Source of the DNA: a virus | Taxonomy: Duplodnaviria > Caudoviricetes | IMG/VR virus record: IMGVR_UViG_3300020045_001640 | Coordinates: 1 to 64,000 of that record | Strand: one strand, 5' to 3' | DNA length: 64,000 bases | Shown here: positions 8,095 to 17,017 of the stretch, in pieces | Numbering within the stretch: the stretch's first letter is position 1 | Layout of the letters: every line of letters begins with the position of its first letter | Program-made: the position numbers and the translations under genes | The notes under the pieces: generated by a model | Databases searched by the model: none | Told to the model about the DNA's origin: nothing | What the model saw: only the letters and a program-made list of their open reading frames with translations

Positions 8095-8500
8095 GAAACC
8101 CATAGGAGCACAATCTGGCAAGAGCAACACTCGCACAATTCTGAAGAAGGGCTTGCAAGTGCCCTTTGCAGGTGTTATGCTTGAGCTTCAGCAAGACTTG
8201 GAAGTTGTAGCTCATTATGAGTGGGACAGGGGCTACGAAGGTAGCTCTGACGAACCTTCAGAGGATGAGATTTTCGAGGTGACACGCATAACTTCTAAAG
8301 CAAACTCCCAGTGGATTGACGACAGTAGCAACTACTATTGTAAGATTTTTAAGAACACTAACATCATTGGCATTTTTGATGAATCCACTTTACAAATGAT
8401 TGATGAGAAAGTGAAGAGTGAGATGGCAGAAGAAGCTTACAACAACGTGGACGAGTACCAATTTAAAATGCACAAACGTTACGGGATAAATACTAAATGA
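8087..8500 (+). CDS. hypothetical protein
   Basis: 137-aa packed ORF. Confidence 0.7.
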   Translation: MAKKPIGAQSGKSNTRTILKKGLQVPFAGVMLELQQDLEVVAHYEWDRGYEGSSDEPSEDEIFEVTRITSKANSQWIDDSSNYYCKIFKNTNIIGIFDESTLQMIDEKVKSEMAEEAYNNVDEYQFKMHKRYGINTK

Positions 8501-8703
8501 ACAATATTGAAATACTGTACCTGTTAGAGTCAATCAAGGAAACACTTGGTGTCGTGTTTGATGCACTAGAATCAACAACTGACAGTGACATTGACCACTT
8601 CGAAGATGACGAGGAAGAAATGGAATGTGCCCCTGTCCAATACTCTGCACGCAAAGTGTTTGAGGTTATGCAAAAGATTGATAACGCTATGGCGGGAATA
8701 TGA
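8497..8703 (+). CDS. acidic hypothetical protein
   Basis: ATGA overlap. Confidence 0.7.
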   Translation: MNNIEILYLLESIKETLGVVFDALESTTDSDIDHFEDDEEEMECAPVQYSARKVFEVMQKIDNAMAGI

Positions 8704-9071
8704 CACACACAAAAGTAGAAGCAATTTACGCAATACGCCACAAGGGAAGTGGAGAGTTTGTTGAGGCAAATGGTAAGAGTTGCTGGAAGACCAAGGGTGC
8801 TGCTGCGAACTCTTGGTGTGCAGACCACGTTACATCTACAAGATGTGACAACGGATTCTGGAAGCACACTAAGCAGAAGTTCAGTGAGCAGACAGAATAC
8901 GAAGTTGTAGACTTGCTAGGCTCATACTCCTACTTGCAAGACGTAATGAAGTCTGCTAATGAGTTGGTTGACAAGCTGCTTCTGAAGAATGTGGAGCTTG
9001 AGCAACAAGTAGAGGCTTTGGAAGACCGCCTCCGTGCAGCTTTGGCGTATCCAATGGACAAGCGCCGATGA
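8700..9071 (+). CDS. hypothetical protein with C-terminal coiled coil
   Basis: ATGA overlap. Confidence 0.7.
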   Translation: MTHTKVEAIYAIRHKGSGEFVEANGKSCWKTKGAAANSWCADHVTSTRCDNGFWKHTKQKFSEQTEYEVVDLLGSYSYLQDVMKSANELVDKLLLKNVELEQQVEALEDRLRAALAYPMDKRR

Positions 9072-9481
9072 AATGGCTACTCGTGATTCTACTGCTACAA
9101 TCTACAGCCTTGGCAGAGGCTACGCATAAGAATGTTGTGAGCATGGAGGATGTGTGCATGGCATCTGCGCTCCACTATGAAAGCCGTGGTAGCGGCTTGA
9201 AAGGAATGCGTGCTGTCTACGAGAGTATTAAGTATAGGGCATCCAAAAGAGGCTTATCAATCTGCCAAACATTAAGACAACGTTACCAGTATTCTTGGAT
9301 GAACAAGGGTGACAAGATCGTGTACAATGAAAAACACTTGACGAAGCTGGCAGAAGTGATTACAGTAGAGCCTGTTGGAGTTAAGGCAGACTACTTTTTC
9401 TCTGGTAGCAATGTGCCGAAGTGGGCTAAAGATTACAAGTACATTGGTGAGTATGGTGGCAATAAATTTTATCAATCGTAG
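9068..9481 (+). CDS. SleB-like cell wall hydrolase (Hydrolase_2) with signal peptide
   Basis: CMASALHYESRG, QYSW, YGGNKFY motifs. Confidence 0.8.
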   Translation: MKWLLVILLLQSTALAEATHKNVVSMEDVCMASALHYESRGSGLKGMRAVYESIKYRASKRGLSICQTLRQRYQYSWMNKGDKIVYNEKHLTKLAEVITVEPVGVKADYFFSGSNVPKWAKDYKYIGEYGGNKFYQS

Positions 9482-9500
9482 TAAATAAGGGGAGAATCAA

Positions 9501-10205
9501 GTGAAATTGTCGAACATCGAAGTAACATACATTGACCACTGCGGAAGTGATTTGTCTACGGTGAACTCCGCACGAGTCAGCTTTGACAAGCGTAGTGAGT
9601 GGCAGAACAGTGGTGCTGGTAAAGACTATGAGGGCGTTGTCTATCGCAGTGACAATAGACAGTTGTGCGAAGCTGATGCAAAGCTTATCAAATACCTTGC
9701 CAAGCACAAACACAAGTCACCATTCAACCACAGCTTCATCACTGTCAAAGTGAAGGCACCAGTGTTTGTAGCACGACAGCTTGTGAAACACAAGTTCATG
9801 CCTTGGAATGAAGAGTCCAGGCGTTATGTGGATTCTGAGCCAGAGTTTTATGTGCCACAAGATATTCGTGAGAAGGCTGCTAGTGTCAAGCAAGGTAGTG
9901 GTGGAGCGCACATGTCGGAGTCTTTCTGGTTGAAGGCTATTGGAGAAAATGCTAAAGAGTCCCTTGCAATTTACAATGACATGATTGCTGACGGAGTATG
10001 TGGCGAACAAGCACGCATGGTGCTGCCTCAGAACACTATGGTAAATTGGTATTGGAGTGGCACGCTTGGCGCATTTGCTGATATGCTGAACTTGCGACTG
10101 TCCTCTTACACTCAGAAGGAAACTCGTGACGTTGCTGAACAGATTCGTGACATTGTGCTTCCACTGTTTCCAGTAAGCTTACAGGCGCTGATTGACAATG
10201 GCTAA
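9501..10205 (+). CDS. thyX: flavin-dependent thymidylate synthase
   Basis: VNSARVSF, HKSPF, ARQLVKH...NEESRRY, ARMVLP, AQ-like YTQKETR. Confidence 0.93.
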   Translation: MKLSNIEVTYIDHCGSDLSTVNSARVSFDKRSEWQNSGAGKDYEGVVYRSDNRQLCEADAKLIKYLAKHKHKSPFNHSFITVKVKAPVFVARQLVKHKFMPWNEESRRYVDSEPEFYVPQDIREKAASVKQGSGGAHMSESFWLKAIGENAKESLAIYNDMIADGVCGEQARMVLPQNTMVNWYWSGTLGAFADMLNLRLSSYTQKETRDVAEQIRDIVLPLFPVSLQALIDNG

Positions 10206-10392
10206 GAAGATTTGCCTCCAGCAGTATGAAGATTACGAAGAACACTCACAGCAGAGTCGCTATTTCTATGGTACTATGAGCCTTGACAAGCTTTGTAGCT
10301 ATTGTGAAGCTGTCTTGACATTTGATGAGCAGCAAGATTGTGAGTGCCCTCATTGCCAAGAGGTAGCAGGTTTAATTGACTTGGAGGAATAA
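10198..10392 (+). CDS. small Zn-finger-like protein
   Basis: CSYC...CPHC. Confidence 0.65.
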   Translation: MAKKICLQQYEDYEEHSQQSRYFYGTMSLDKLCSYCEAVLTFDEQQDCECPHCQEVAGLIDLEE

Positions 10393-10673
10393 TGAAGCCT
10401 AAACAAGAACGTTCTCTTGTAGAACTCTTGCAGAGCCGCATAGATTTCAACAGCGGAGAAATCACTTATCAGGAGCAGCAACGTCATTATGCTTCCATAC
10501 ATAGTCTTGGGTGGAACCCTAGTAAGCTGGCTCTGCTGAGACACCATCAGGAACTTGATAAGAGGCTGATGGGATATATTGTAGAGCTTCAGAGGGAATT
10601 GCGCGATGTGACTGCGCAAGCTGAGAAGGCGTTGAAGGAGGGTGTGAGCGTAGCGAGGGTATGGCAGGATTAA
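10392..10673 (+). CDS. hypothetical protein
   Basis: SD GGAGG; 93 aa. Confidence 0.7.
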   Translation: MKPKQERSLVELLQSRIDFNSGEITYQEQQRHYASIHSLGWNPSKLALLRHHQELDKRLMGYIVELQRELRDVTAQAEKALKEGVSVARVWQD

Positions 10674-10691
10674 GGAAAATTAAGGAGAAGC

Positions 10692-12470
10692 ATGGCTGAG
10701 AACAAATGGGGAATTGACCTAGAGACAGAAGCCAATGTACAATGCCCCCGTTGTGCTCGCAATGGACGTGACAGGTCGAAGAACAACCTGAAAGTTTATG
10801 GTGGAGATAACGGGGCATTCTGTTGGAGTTGCAATTTCACAATTCCTAGTGCAGCGCATAGACTTGCTATGGGCTGGGACGAGGAGGATGTAGAAGATAA
10901 TCAAGAGGAGCTAGAAGCGACAATGACGTACATGACACAAGACGATATCGACAAGTTGAAAAGTTATACAGGGGAAAGTGGCAAAGGCGCTAGAAACATC
11001 TCTGATAGCACGTATAAATTTTATGCGGTGAGGACAAAATACAACACAGAGACAGGTGAACCAGACACGCAGTACTACCCGTACTTCGAGGACGGCACCC
11101 TTGCTGGAATGAAAGTGAGAAAGCTCCCCAAGTCATTCAGCGCAATTGGCAAAATTGGAGCGTCCTCAGAATTATTCGGGTTGTTCCGGTATCGCAATAG
11201 CGGCTCTCGTACATGTCACCTCACTGCTGGTGAGATTGATTGCATGAGTTTGCGAGATGCGCTTGTAAACTACTCTAAGTCTAAAGGTACAGAGTACGAG
11301 GAAGACCCTGTTGTAAGCATGGCTACAGGTGAGGGTGGAAGCTCGAAGCAGTTGAAAGCGCACTACTCTTGGTTTGACAAGTTCGACAAAATTCTGTACT
11401 GGGCAGACCAAGATGAGGCAGGACAGGCAGCTATCGAGAAAATTGTAAAGTGCTTGCCTCACGGTAAAGTGTACATTGCAACGTTTAACGCCAAGGATGT
11501 GAATGAGCTTCTGATGAAGGGTCGGGAACGTGACATCATCTCCGCACGTTTCAATGCGAAAAAATACGTTCCAAAAGGAATCGTCGGCAGCGGCGAGATG
11601 TACGACAAGATTGTACAAGCAGCCAAGGAGCCTAAGATTCCTTTTCCACCATTCATGGGCGCTTTGAATGCCATGACAGGTGGTGGGATGTCGTTAAAAA
11701 CAGCGGTAGCAATATCGGCCTCGACGGGCTTGGCTAAGTCAACTTTAATCAACGCTGCTGTTTATTACTGGTTATTTAATAGTGACTACAAGATTGGCGC
11801 TATTAGTATGGAACAGTCAGCGGATCAGTATGGCGAGTTGATGCTGTCCACACACTGTGGCAAGAAGATTGGCAGCATGATTCCAGAGGACAAAGTAGCT
11901 TACCTGGAAAGTGAGTACGTTGTACAGAAACAGCGAGAGTTGTTCTATACAGAAGACGGGTCAGATCGGTGGGTCGTACTTGACGAGCGAGATGAGTCAC
12001 TTGAAGCTCTTAAGGCCAAGATTCTTGAGTTGATCGTGTCTTGTGGATGCCAAATTTTAGTGCTCGACACACTTTCCGATGTCCTAGACGCTACTAGTAT
12101 TGAAGAACAGCAAGACTTCACTAAGTGGATTAAGCAAGTGTTGAACAAGTACCCTGTACTATTCTTGTTGATCTGCCATCAACGCAAGGCTGCAAGTGGG
12201 CAGAAAGATGGAAGTAAAGGTGCTATGGGTGCTGAGAGTGACATTCAAGGGTCTTCTACAATTGTAAAGTCTGTGGCGTTGAATATTATGTTGTCACGAA
12301 ATAAGTTAGCGGACGATCCCGTAGAAAGGAACACTACTATCGTTGCGCTCACTAAAAACCGTTCTGGGTCTGAGACTTCTAATGAGGCTTGTAAGATTTA
12401 CTATGACGCACCTACTCATAGCTTGCATGACCTCCAAGCTTGGCAGGAAGCGAATCCAGCACAGTTCTGA
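10692..12470 (+). CDS. T7 gp4-like primase-helicase
   Basis: Zn ribbon CPRC..CWSC, TOPRIM DQD, SF4 helicase motifs (STGLAKST, LVLDTL, ICHQRK, KNR). Confidence 0.92.
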   Translation: MAENKWGIDLETEANVQCPRCARNGRDRSKNNLKVYGGDNGAFCWSCNFTIPSAAHRLAMGWDEEDVEDNQEELEATMTYMTQDDIDKLKSYTGESGKGARNISDSTYKFYAVRTKYNTETGEPDTQYYPYFEDGTLAGMKVRKLPKSFSAIGKIGASSELFGLFRYRNSGSRTCHLTAGEIDCMSLRDALVNYSKSKGTEYEEDPVVSMATGEGGSSKQLKAHYSWFDKFDKILYWADQDEAGQAAIEKIVKCLPHGKVYIATFNAKDVNELLMKGRERDIISARFNAKKYVPKGIVGSGEMYDKIVQAAKEPKIPFPPFMGALNAMTGGGMSLKTAVAISASTGLAKSTLINAAVYYWLFNSDYKIGAISMEQSADQYGELMLSTHCGKKIGSMIPEDKVAYLESEYVVQKQRELFYTEDGSDRWVVLDERDESLEALKAKILELIVSCGCQILVLDTLSDVLDATSIEEQQDFTKWIKQVLNKYPVLFLLICHQRKAASGQKDGSKGAMGAESDIQGSSTIVKSVALNIMLSRNKLADDPVERNTTIVALTKNRSGSETSNEACKIYYDAPTHSLHDLQAWQEANPAQF

Positions 12471-12476
12471 AAACAG

Positions 12477-12519
12477 TTGACAAGGGAAGCTCAGACAGCC
12501 TACAATGGCTTCTGAGCTT
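12477..12519 (+). promoter_or_regulatory. promoter TTGACA-18-TACAAT with the -10 in the loop of a 13-bp inverted repeat
   Basis: aagctcaga(c)agcc-TACAAT-ggcttctgagctt. Confidence 0.7.
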
Positions 12520-12538
12520 TATTACTTATGGAGAAAAC

Positions 12539-14476
12539 ATGGCAATTTACGCAAGTGACCTAGAATCCACAGGGTTGCTCGACATGATGCAAGAACAAGG
12601 GCACCCACGCCTGCACAACTTATGCTCAATGGATGTTGACACAGGTGAGGTATTCTTATTTGAGCATACGCAGAGAGAAGAAATCCAAGCTTGGCTAGAC
12701 ACAGGGCCGACTTTTGTAATGCACAACTCGAAACTATTCGATGAGCCAGCGTTACAGTTTCTTGGATACGACACTTCTAAGGTGACGTTCATCGACACAC
12801 TAGCGTTAAGTTGGTATCTCGATCCGTCGCGCCTGAAACATGGCCTTGCTGAGTACGGTATCGAGTTTGGTGTGCCGAAGCCAAAGATTGAGAATTGGGA
12901 AGACCAGACGCAAGAGGAATACAATCACCGTGTAGTGGAGGATTGCAAAATCCAGCGCCAACTCTGGCTCAAGCAAGTGAAACAATTGCAAGAACTCTAC
13001 GGTACTGCTGAAGGAAGTTATGACCGTATTATCAGCTACCTCATGTGGAAGATGGATTGTTTGAGGATGCAACAAGATCACAAATGGAAGCTAGACGTAC
13101 CAAATGCTGAGAAGCTGCAAGCAGAACTTGAAGAGAAGATTAGCGAGAAAACACTGGCACTTATCGAAGTGATGCCGAAGGTGGCTGTGTACGCTGTACG
13201 TCATCGGCCAAAAGAACCGTTCAAGAAAAATGGAGACTTGTCTGTTGCTGGACAGAAGTGGAAGGAGCTTACTGAATCGTTGGGATTGCCTTTCACTCAC
13301 TCTGAAGACATTAAAGTTGTGACAGAGATGAAAGAAGGTAATCCAGCATCGCACGTTCAGATGAAAAACTGGCTTGATTCACTTTCGTGGGTGCCTGAGA
13401 CATTCAAGTTCGTCAAGGAAGAAGATGGCTCTATGCGCCAAATTCCTCAGATCAACTTGAAGGGTGGTGAAATTTGTCAGAGTGTAAAAGACTTGATTCC
13501 GAAATGTGCAGGTATTGAACACATTGCTGGTCTTGGCATTCTAAACCATCGCTACTCTGTTGTGACAGGGTGGATGCGTGATGCGTTTCATGGAGAAATC
13601 ACGGCTCGTGCGCAAGGCTTCACAAATACTCTTCGCAAGCAGCACAAGGAATATTGCAACACTCCGTCAACTCGCGTGGCATATGGTAAAGAGCTTCGCA
13701 GCTTGTTAGTGGCTCGTCCCGGTAGAGTGCTGCTTGGCTCGGATTTAAGTGGTGTTGAGAATTATATTAAAAACCACTACCAATGGAAGCTTGACCCTGA
13801 GTATGTCAAGACACAATTGGCTCCAGGCTTCGACCCACACTTGCTTATGGCTACGAGTGCTAACTTGATGTCAGAAGAAGATGCTGAGTGGTATAAGTGG
13901 TACAAGAAGCTAGACAAGGCAGAGCATACAGTAGAGCAAGATTCAAGGTTTGCAGAATTAGATTTGATACGCGCTATTGGGAAGACAGCATCGTACTCAC
14001 TTCAGTATGGAGCAGGCGTGGCTACAGTGGCTCGTTCTTGCAAGGTATCTGAGAAGGTTGCCAAGAAGCTCCACAAGGCTTACGCGCAACTCAACTGGTC
14101 TGTAGACAAGATCGCCAAGATGATGACTGTCAAGAAAAACTCATCTGGTATGTGGCAACTAAATCCAGTGAATAAATTTTGGTACAGCTTACGTTACGAG
14201 AAAGACCGCTTCAGTACACTGGTGCAAGGGACGGCTAGTTATGTGTTTGACATTTGGCTGTATCAGTGTTTTCAACTCTCAAAGAAACGCGGCATTGAGT
14301 GGTGTTTGTTAGCGCAACAGCACGATGACCAAGCCAACGAGCTAGATGAGGGTAAACAAGAGGAGGCAGAAGCACTTGTGAGGGATGCTCTAAAGAAAGT
14401 AAATGAGGCGCTTAAACTTAATGTAGAGATTAAGTGTGATGTTGCCTTTGGGTACAACGGCGCTGAGATTCATTAA
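12539..14476 (+). CDS. polA: family A DNA polymerase with 3'-5' exonuclease
   Basis: ExoI DLES, ExoII HN..FD, motif A DLSGVE, motif B R..GKT.SY..QYG, motif C HDD; SD GGAG before ATG 12539. Confidence 0.93.
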   Translation: MAIYASDLESTGLLDMMQEQGHPRLHNLCSMDVDTGEVFLFEHTQREEIQAWLDTGPTFVMHNSKLFDEPALQFLGYDTSKVTFIDTLALSWYLDPSRLKHGLAEYGIEFGVPKPKIENWEDQTQEEYNHRVVEDCKIQRQLWLKQVKQLQELYGTAEGSYDRIISYLMWKMDCLRMQQDHKWKLDVPNAEKLQAELEEKISEKTLALIEVMPKVAVYAVRHRPKEPFKKNGDLSVAGQKWKELTESLGLPFTHSEDIKVVTEMKEGNPASHVQMKNWLDSLSWVPETFKFVKEEDGSMRQIPQINLKGGEICQSVKDLIPKCAGIEHIAGLGILNHRYSVVTGWMRDAFHGEITARAQGFTNTLRKQHKEYCNTPSTRVAYGKELRSLLVARPGRVLLGSDLSGVENYIKNHYQWKLDPEYVKTQLAPGFDPHLLMATSANLMSEEDAEWYKWYKKLDKAEHTVEQDSRFAELDLIRAIGKTASYSLQYGAGVATVARSCKVSEKVAKKLHKAYAQLNWSVDKIAKMMTVKKNSSGMWQLNPVNKFWYSLRYEKDRFSTLVQGTASYVFDIWLYQCFQLSKKRGIEWCLLAQQHDDQANELDEGKQEEAEALVRDALKKVNEALKLNVEIKCDVAFGYNGAEIH

Positions 14477-14491
14477 CAAAGGAATAAACGT

Positions 14492-15091
14492 ATGAGTAGA
14501 GTTGTAAAGGACTTTAAGAATGATAGTGGCCTATGGATGAAAACATATACCACTGAACAAGGCAAGTTCACAACATTATCTGGCATGGTGTGGCAGGATA
14601 TGCTCACTCGCTGTAAGGTAGGAAGTAGATTTCAAGAGAAACATCCAACCTATATTGGTTGCAGCGTCTCAGATGAATTTAAGAACTTCCAAGCATTCAC
14701 AGAGTGGCATACCACACAGGTAGGCTATGGCTTCACAAATTACCAGTTAGACAAGGATATCCTATCTGATGGTAATAAAGTGTACAGCAGAGATTACTGC
14801 GTACTTGTTCCTCGACAGTTAAATACCTTCTTGATTGCGTGTGATTCTACAAGAGGCGAATGGCCGCAAGGTGTGCATTACGAGAAAAGCTCAGGTAAGT
14901 TTAAAGCGCAGATCAGCATTTCAGGCGTTAAGAAGAGTATTGGCAGGTACGCTACACCTGAACTCGCACATGAATCTTACAAAATTGCGAAGGAATCTGA
15001 GGCTATCCGCTGGCACCACCGCCTAACGTCTGGTGAATTCGTTGTAGACGTGCGTGTAGTAGACCGTATGCTGAATTGGATATACACGTAA
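14492..15091 (+). CDS. free-standing HNH-like/AP2 homing endonuclease
   Basis: W.DML.RC, LDKDIL..GNKVYS..C, AP2-like GV..KFKAQI; paralog of 28947..29549. Confidence 0.75.
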   Translation: MSRVVKDFKNDSGLWMKTYTTEQGKFTTLSGMVWQDMLTRCKVGSRFQEKHPTYIGCSVSDEFKNFQAFTEWHTTQVGYGFTNYQLDKDILSDGNKVYSRDYCVLVPRQLNTFLIACDSTRGEWPQGVHYEKSSGKFKAQISISGVKKSIGRYATPELAHESYKIAKESEAIRWHHRLTSGEFVVDVRVVDRMLNWIYT

Positions 15092-15107
15092 AGGTAGACG
15101 ATAACAC

Positions 15108-15150
15108 TTGACAACAATCAGTACAGAGGCTTACACTAACGCTTCTGTAC
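15108..15150 (+). promoter_or_regulatory. promoter TTGACA-18-TACACT with the -10 in the loop of a 10-bp inverted repeat
   Basis: gtacagaggc-tTACACTaac-gcttctgtac. Confidence 0.7.
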
Positions 15151-15172
15151 AAATCAACCAACAAGGAAACAA

Positions 15173-15961
15173 ATGAAGCCAACAGCAACGCTGCATCATG
15201 ACAACTCTCTCGATGTACTTAAGAACACACCTGACAACACTTTTGACCTTACTGTAACTTCACCTCCTTACGACAATCTCCGTACCTACAAGGATAGCCT
15301 TGAGTGGGGTGAACATGTGTGGAAGCCTTTGTTGGAAGAGTTGTTCCGTACAACCAAACAAGGTGGTGTAGTAGTGTGGGTTGTTGGTGATGCTACTGTC
15401 AAAGGCAGTGAGACAGGTACATCCTTTAAACAAGCCTTGTTTGCTATGGAGTGTGGCTTTAGTTTGCACGATACAATGATTTACGCTAAGGATAACTACG
15501 TGCCCTTGACGCACAACCGTTATGAACAGTCCTTTGAGTACATGTTCATTTTCAGCAAAGGTCGTCCTAAATCTTTTAATGGTATTAAAGTGCCTTCTAA
15601 GTGTGCTGGCAAGAGTGTAAGCAGAAACAACACTAACCGTGCTAAAGAAGGCTCTACACGCAACCGAGAAGAAGTGACGATTATTCAAGACATGAAGCTC
15701 TCACCTAACATTTTTCAATATGTTATCGGTAAGAAGACTGACAACGGTAATCATACAGCCGCGTTTCCAGAGCAGCTTGCGCTTGACCACATCCTCTCAT
15801 GGAGCAACGAAGGTGACACTGTATTTGATCCGTTTCTTGGATCAGGAACAACAGGGAAAATGTCTGTTCTCAACGGACGTAACTTTGTAGGTGTTGAGAA
15901 GGTGGAAGAATACTATCAGATTTCTGACAAGCGTATTAAAGACGCCCTGAACTCTTTGTAG
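15173..15961 (+). CDS. beta-class N4-C/N6-A DNA methyltransferase
   Basis: TSPPY, then H.AAFP and VFDPFLGSGTT. Confidence 0.9.
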   Translation: MKPTATLHHDNSLDVLKNTPDNTFDLTVTSPPYDNLRTYKDSLEWGEHVWKPLLEELFRTTKQGGVVVWVVGDATVKGSETGTSFKQALFAMECGFSLHDTMIYAKDNYVPLTHNRYEQSFEYMFIFSKGRPKSFNGIKVPSKCAGKSVSRNNTNRAKEGSTRNREEVTIIQDMKLSPNIFQYVIGKKTDNGNHTAAFPEQLALDHILSWSNEGDTVFDPFLGSGTTGKMSVLNGRNFVGVEKVEEYYQISDKRIKDALNSL

Positions 15962-16007
15962 AAACACTTGACACAACGAATGAAATGAGGTTAAGGGCAA
16001 ATAGCCC

Positions 16008-16036
16008 TTGACACCATTCAACATACCAAGTATTCT
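16008..16036 (+). promoter_or_regulatory. promoter TTGACA-17-TATTCT; hairpin aagggc/gccctt overlaps the -35
   Basis: Hexamers at 16008-16013 and 16031-16036. Confidence 0.6.
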
Positions 16037-16071
16037 GAAGGCTCTTAACCATACACAACAGGAGAACTAAA

Positions 16072-16296
16072 ATGAAACTTGACCTTAACATTGAAGTAAA
16101 TCATCTTGACCTTGCTGACAGCCTTACTTCAGCACAAGCAGCCGAGCTAATAGGGGCCATTGACCTTGCGCAAGCCGACTGGTTATTTACTCACGACATG
16201 TGCAAACACTTTCTGCGTGCAATGCTTGTGCTTATCAAAGAAGATGCTGATGAAGGTGTATCCTATATGAACGAACTTAAGGAGATTCTGAAATGA
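16072..16296 (+). CDS. hypothetical protein
   Basis: SD AGGAG. Confidence 0.7.
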   Translation: MKLDLNIEVNHLDLADSLTSAQAAELIGAIDLAQADWLFTHDMCKHFLRAMLVLIKEDADEGVSYMNELKEILK

Positions 16297-16559
16297 TGCT
16301 GTGTCACTTGCAGTCAATCATCCGACGCCAAGCTAACGAAATCTCTACCCTCCACTCCTTACAAGCTCTTGACAAGAAGCTCCTAAAACGTGTAGAGCAT
16401 CCTGACACGAAGAAGCTGTACAAGAAATCCTTGAGCAAGCGGGCAAAGGATATTGCAAAGCTTACATTGCTTCAGAAGGCATTGAAGAAAGAGGTTTACT
16501 TTACGCTTCTGGATAATAGCTTTGAAAGGGATACATTGGGAGAGTTTATAAATGGCTAG
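16293..16559 (+). CDS. basic hypothetical protein
   Basis: ATGA overlap. Confidence 0.7.
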   Translation: MMLCHLQSIIRRQANEISTLHSLQALDKKLLKRVEHPDTKKLYKKSLSKRAKDIAKLTLLQKALKKEVYFTLLDNSFERDTLGEFING

Positions 16560-16998
16560 GGGCCGACCAAGAGTTGACGATAGCCTCCTAAAGAACCCCC
16601 GTAAGCAGAAGAAGTCCACGGTAGATGGCCCTGTCCTTACGGACAAGAAGCCTTCTTTCCGTGTGATGAAACGCTACGGCCCTATCATGAATCGTTGCAT
16701 TGACATCATTTATGCTGCCCCTGCAAGAACTGACAACAAGGTTGTTGCATCTCGTATTGAGATTGTTCACAAGAAGCCTTGGAAGAAGCTTGAAGGCTGG
16801 CCTATAGGTAGGCGCGTGAGGGAAGATGACATTGTAGAAGTGAAAAGCTACAATGTGGACAAGGTGTTACTTTGGGGATATCAGTATGGCATCACAGACA
16901 AATCCCCTCGCATGTTATACGCATTGCGGAGCAGGCATTTGGCAGGAGTTGAGACGATGATGAAGAATTTGCTTGAGTTACGGGAATATGGTTTCTAA
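16552..16998 (+). CDS. basic hypothetical protein with an N-terminal AT-hook-like RGRPR
   Basis: MARGRPR; Lys/Arg-rich. Confidence 0.7.
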   Translation: MARGRPRVDDSLLKNPRKQKKSTVDGPVLTDKKPSFRVMKRYGPIMNRCIDIIYAAPARTDNKVVASRIEIVHKKPWKKLEGWPIGRRVREDDIVEVKSYNVDKVLLWGYQYGITDKSPRMLYALRSRHLAGVETMMKNLLELREYGF

Positions 16999-17017
16999 TA
17001 ATATACAAAGGAATAAG

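Noticed and set aside
9068-9481. Cell wall hydrolase located among replication genes
   Set aside because: SleB-like genes outside the lysis cassette are a familiar feature of lytic phages; nothing unusual in the sequence
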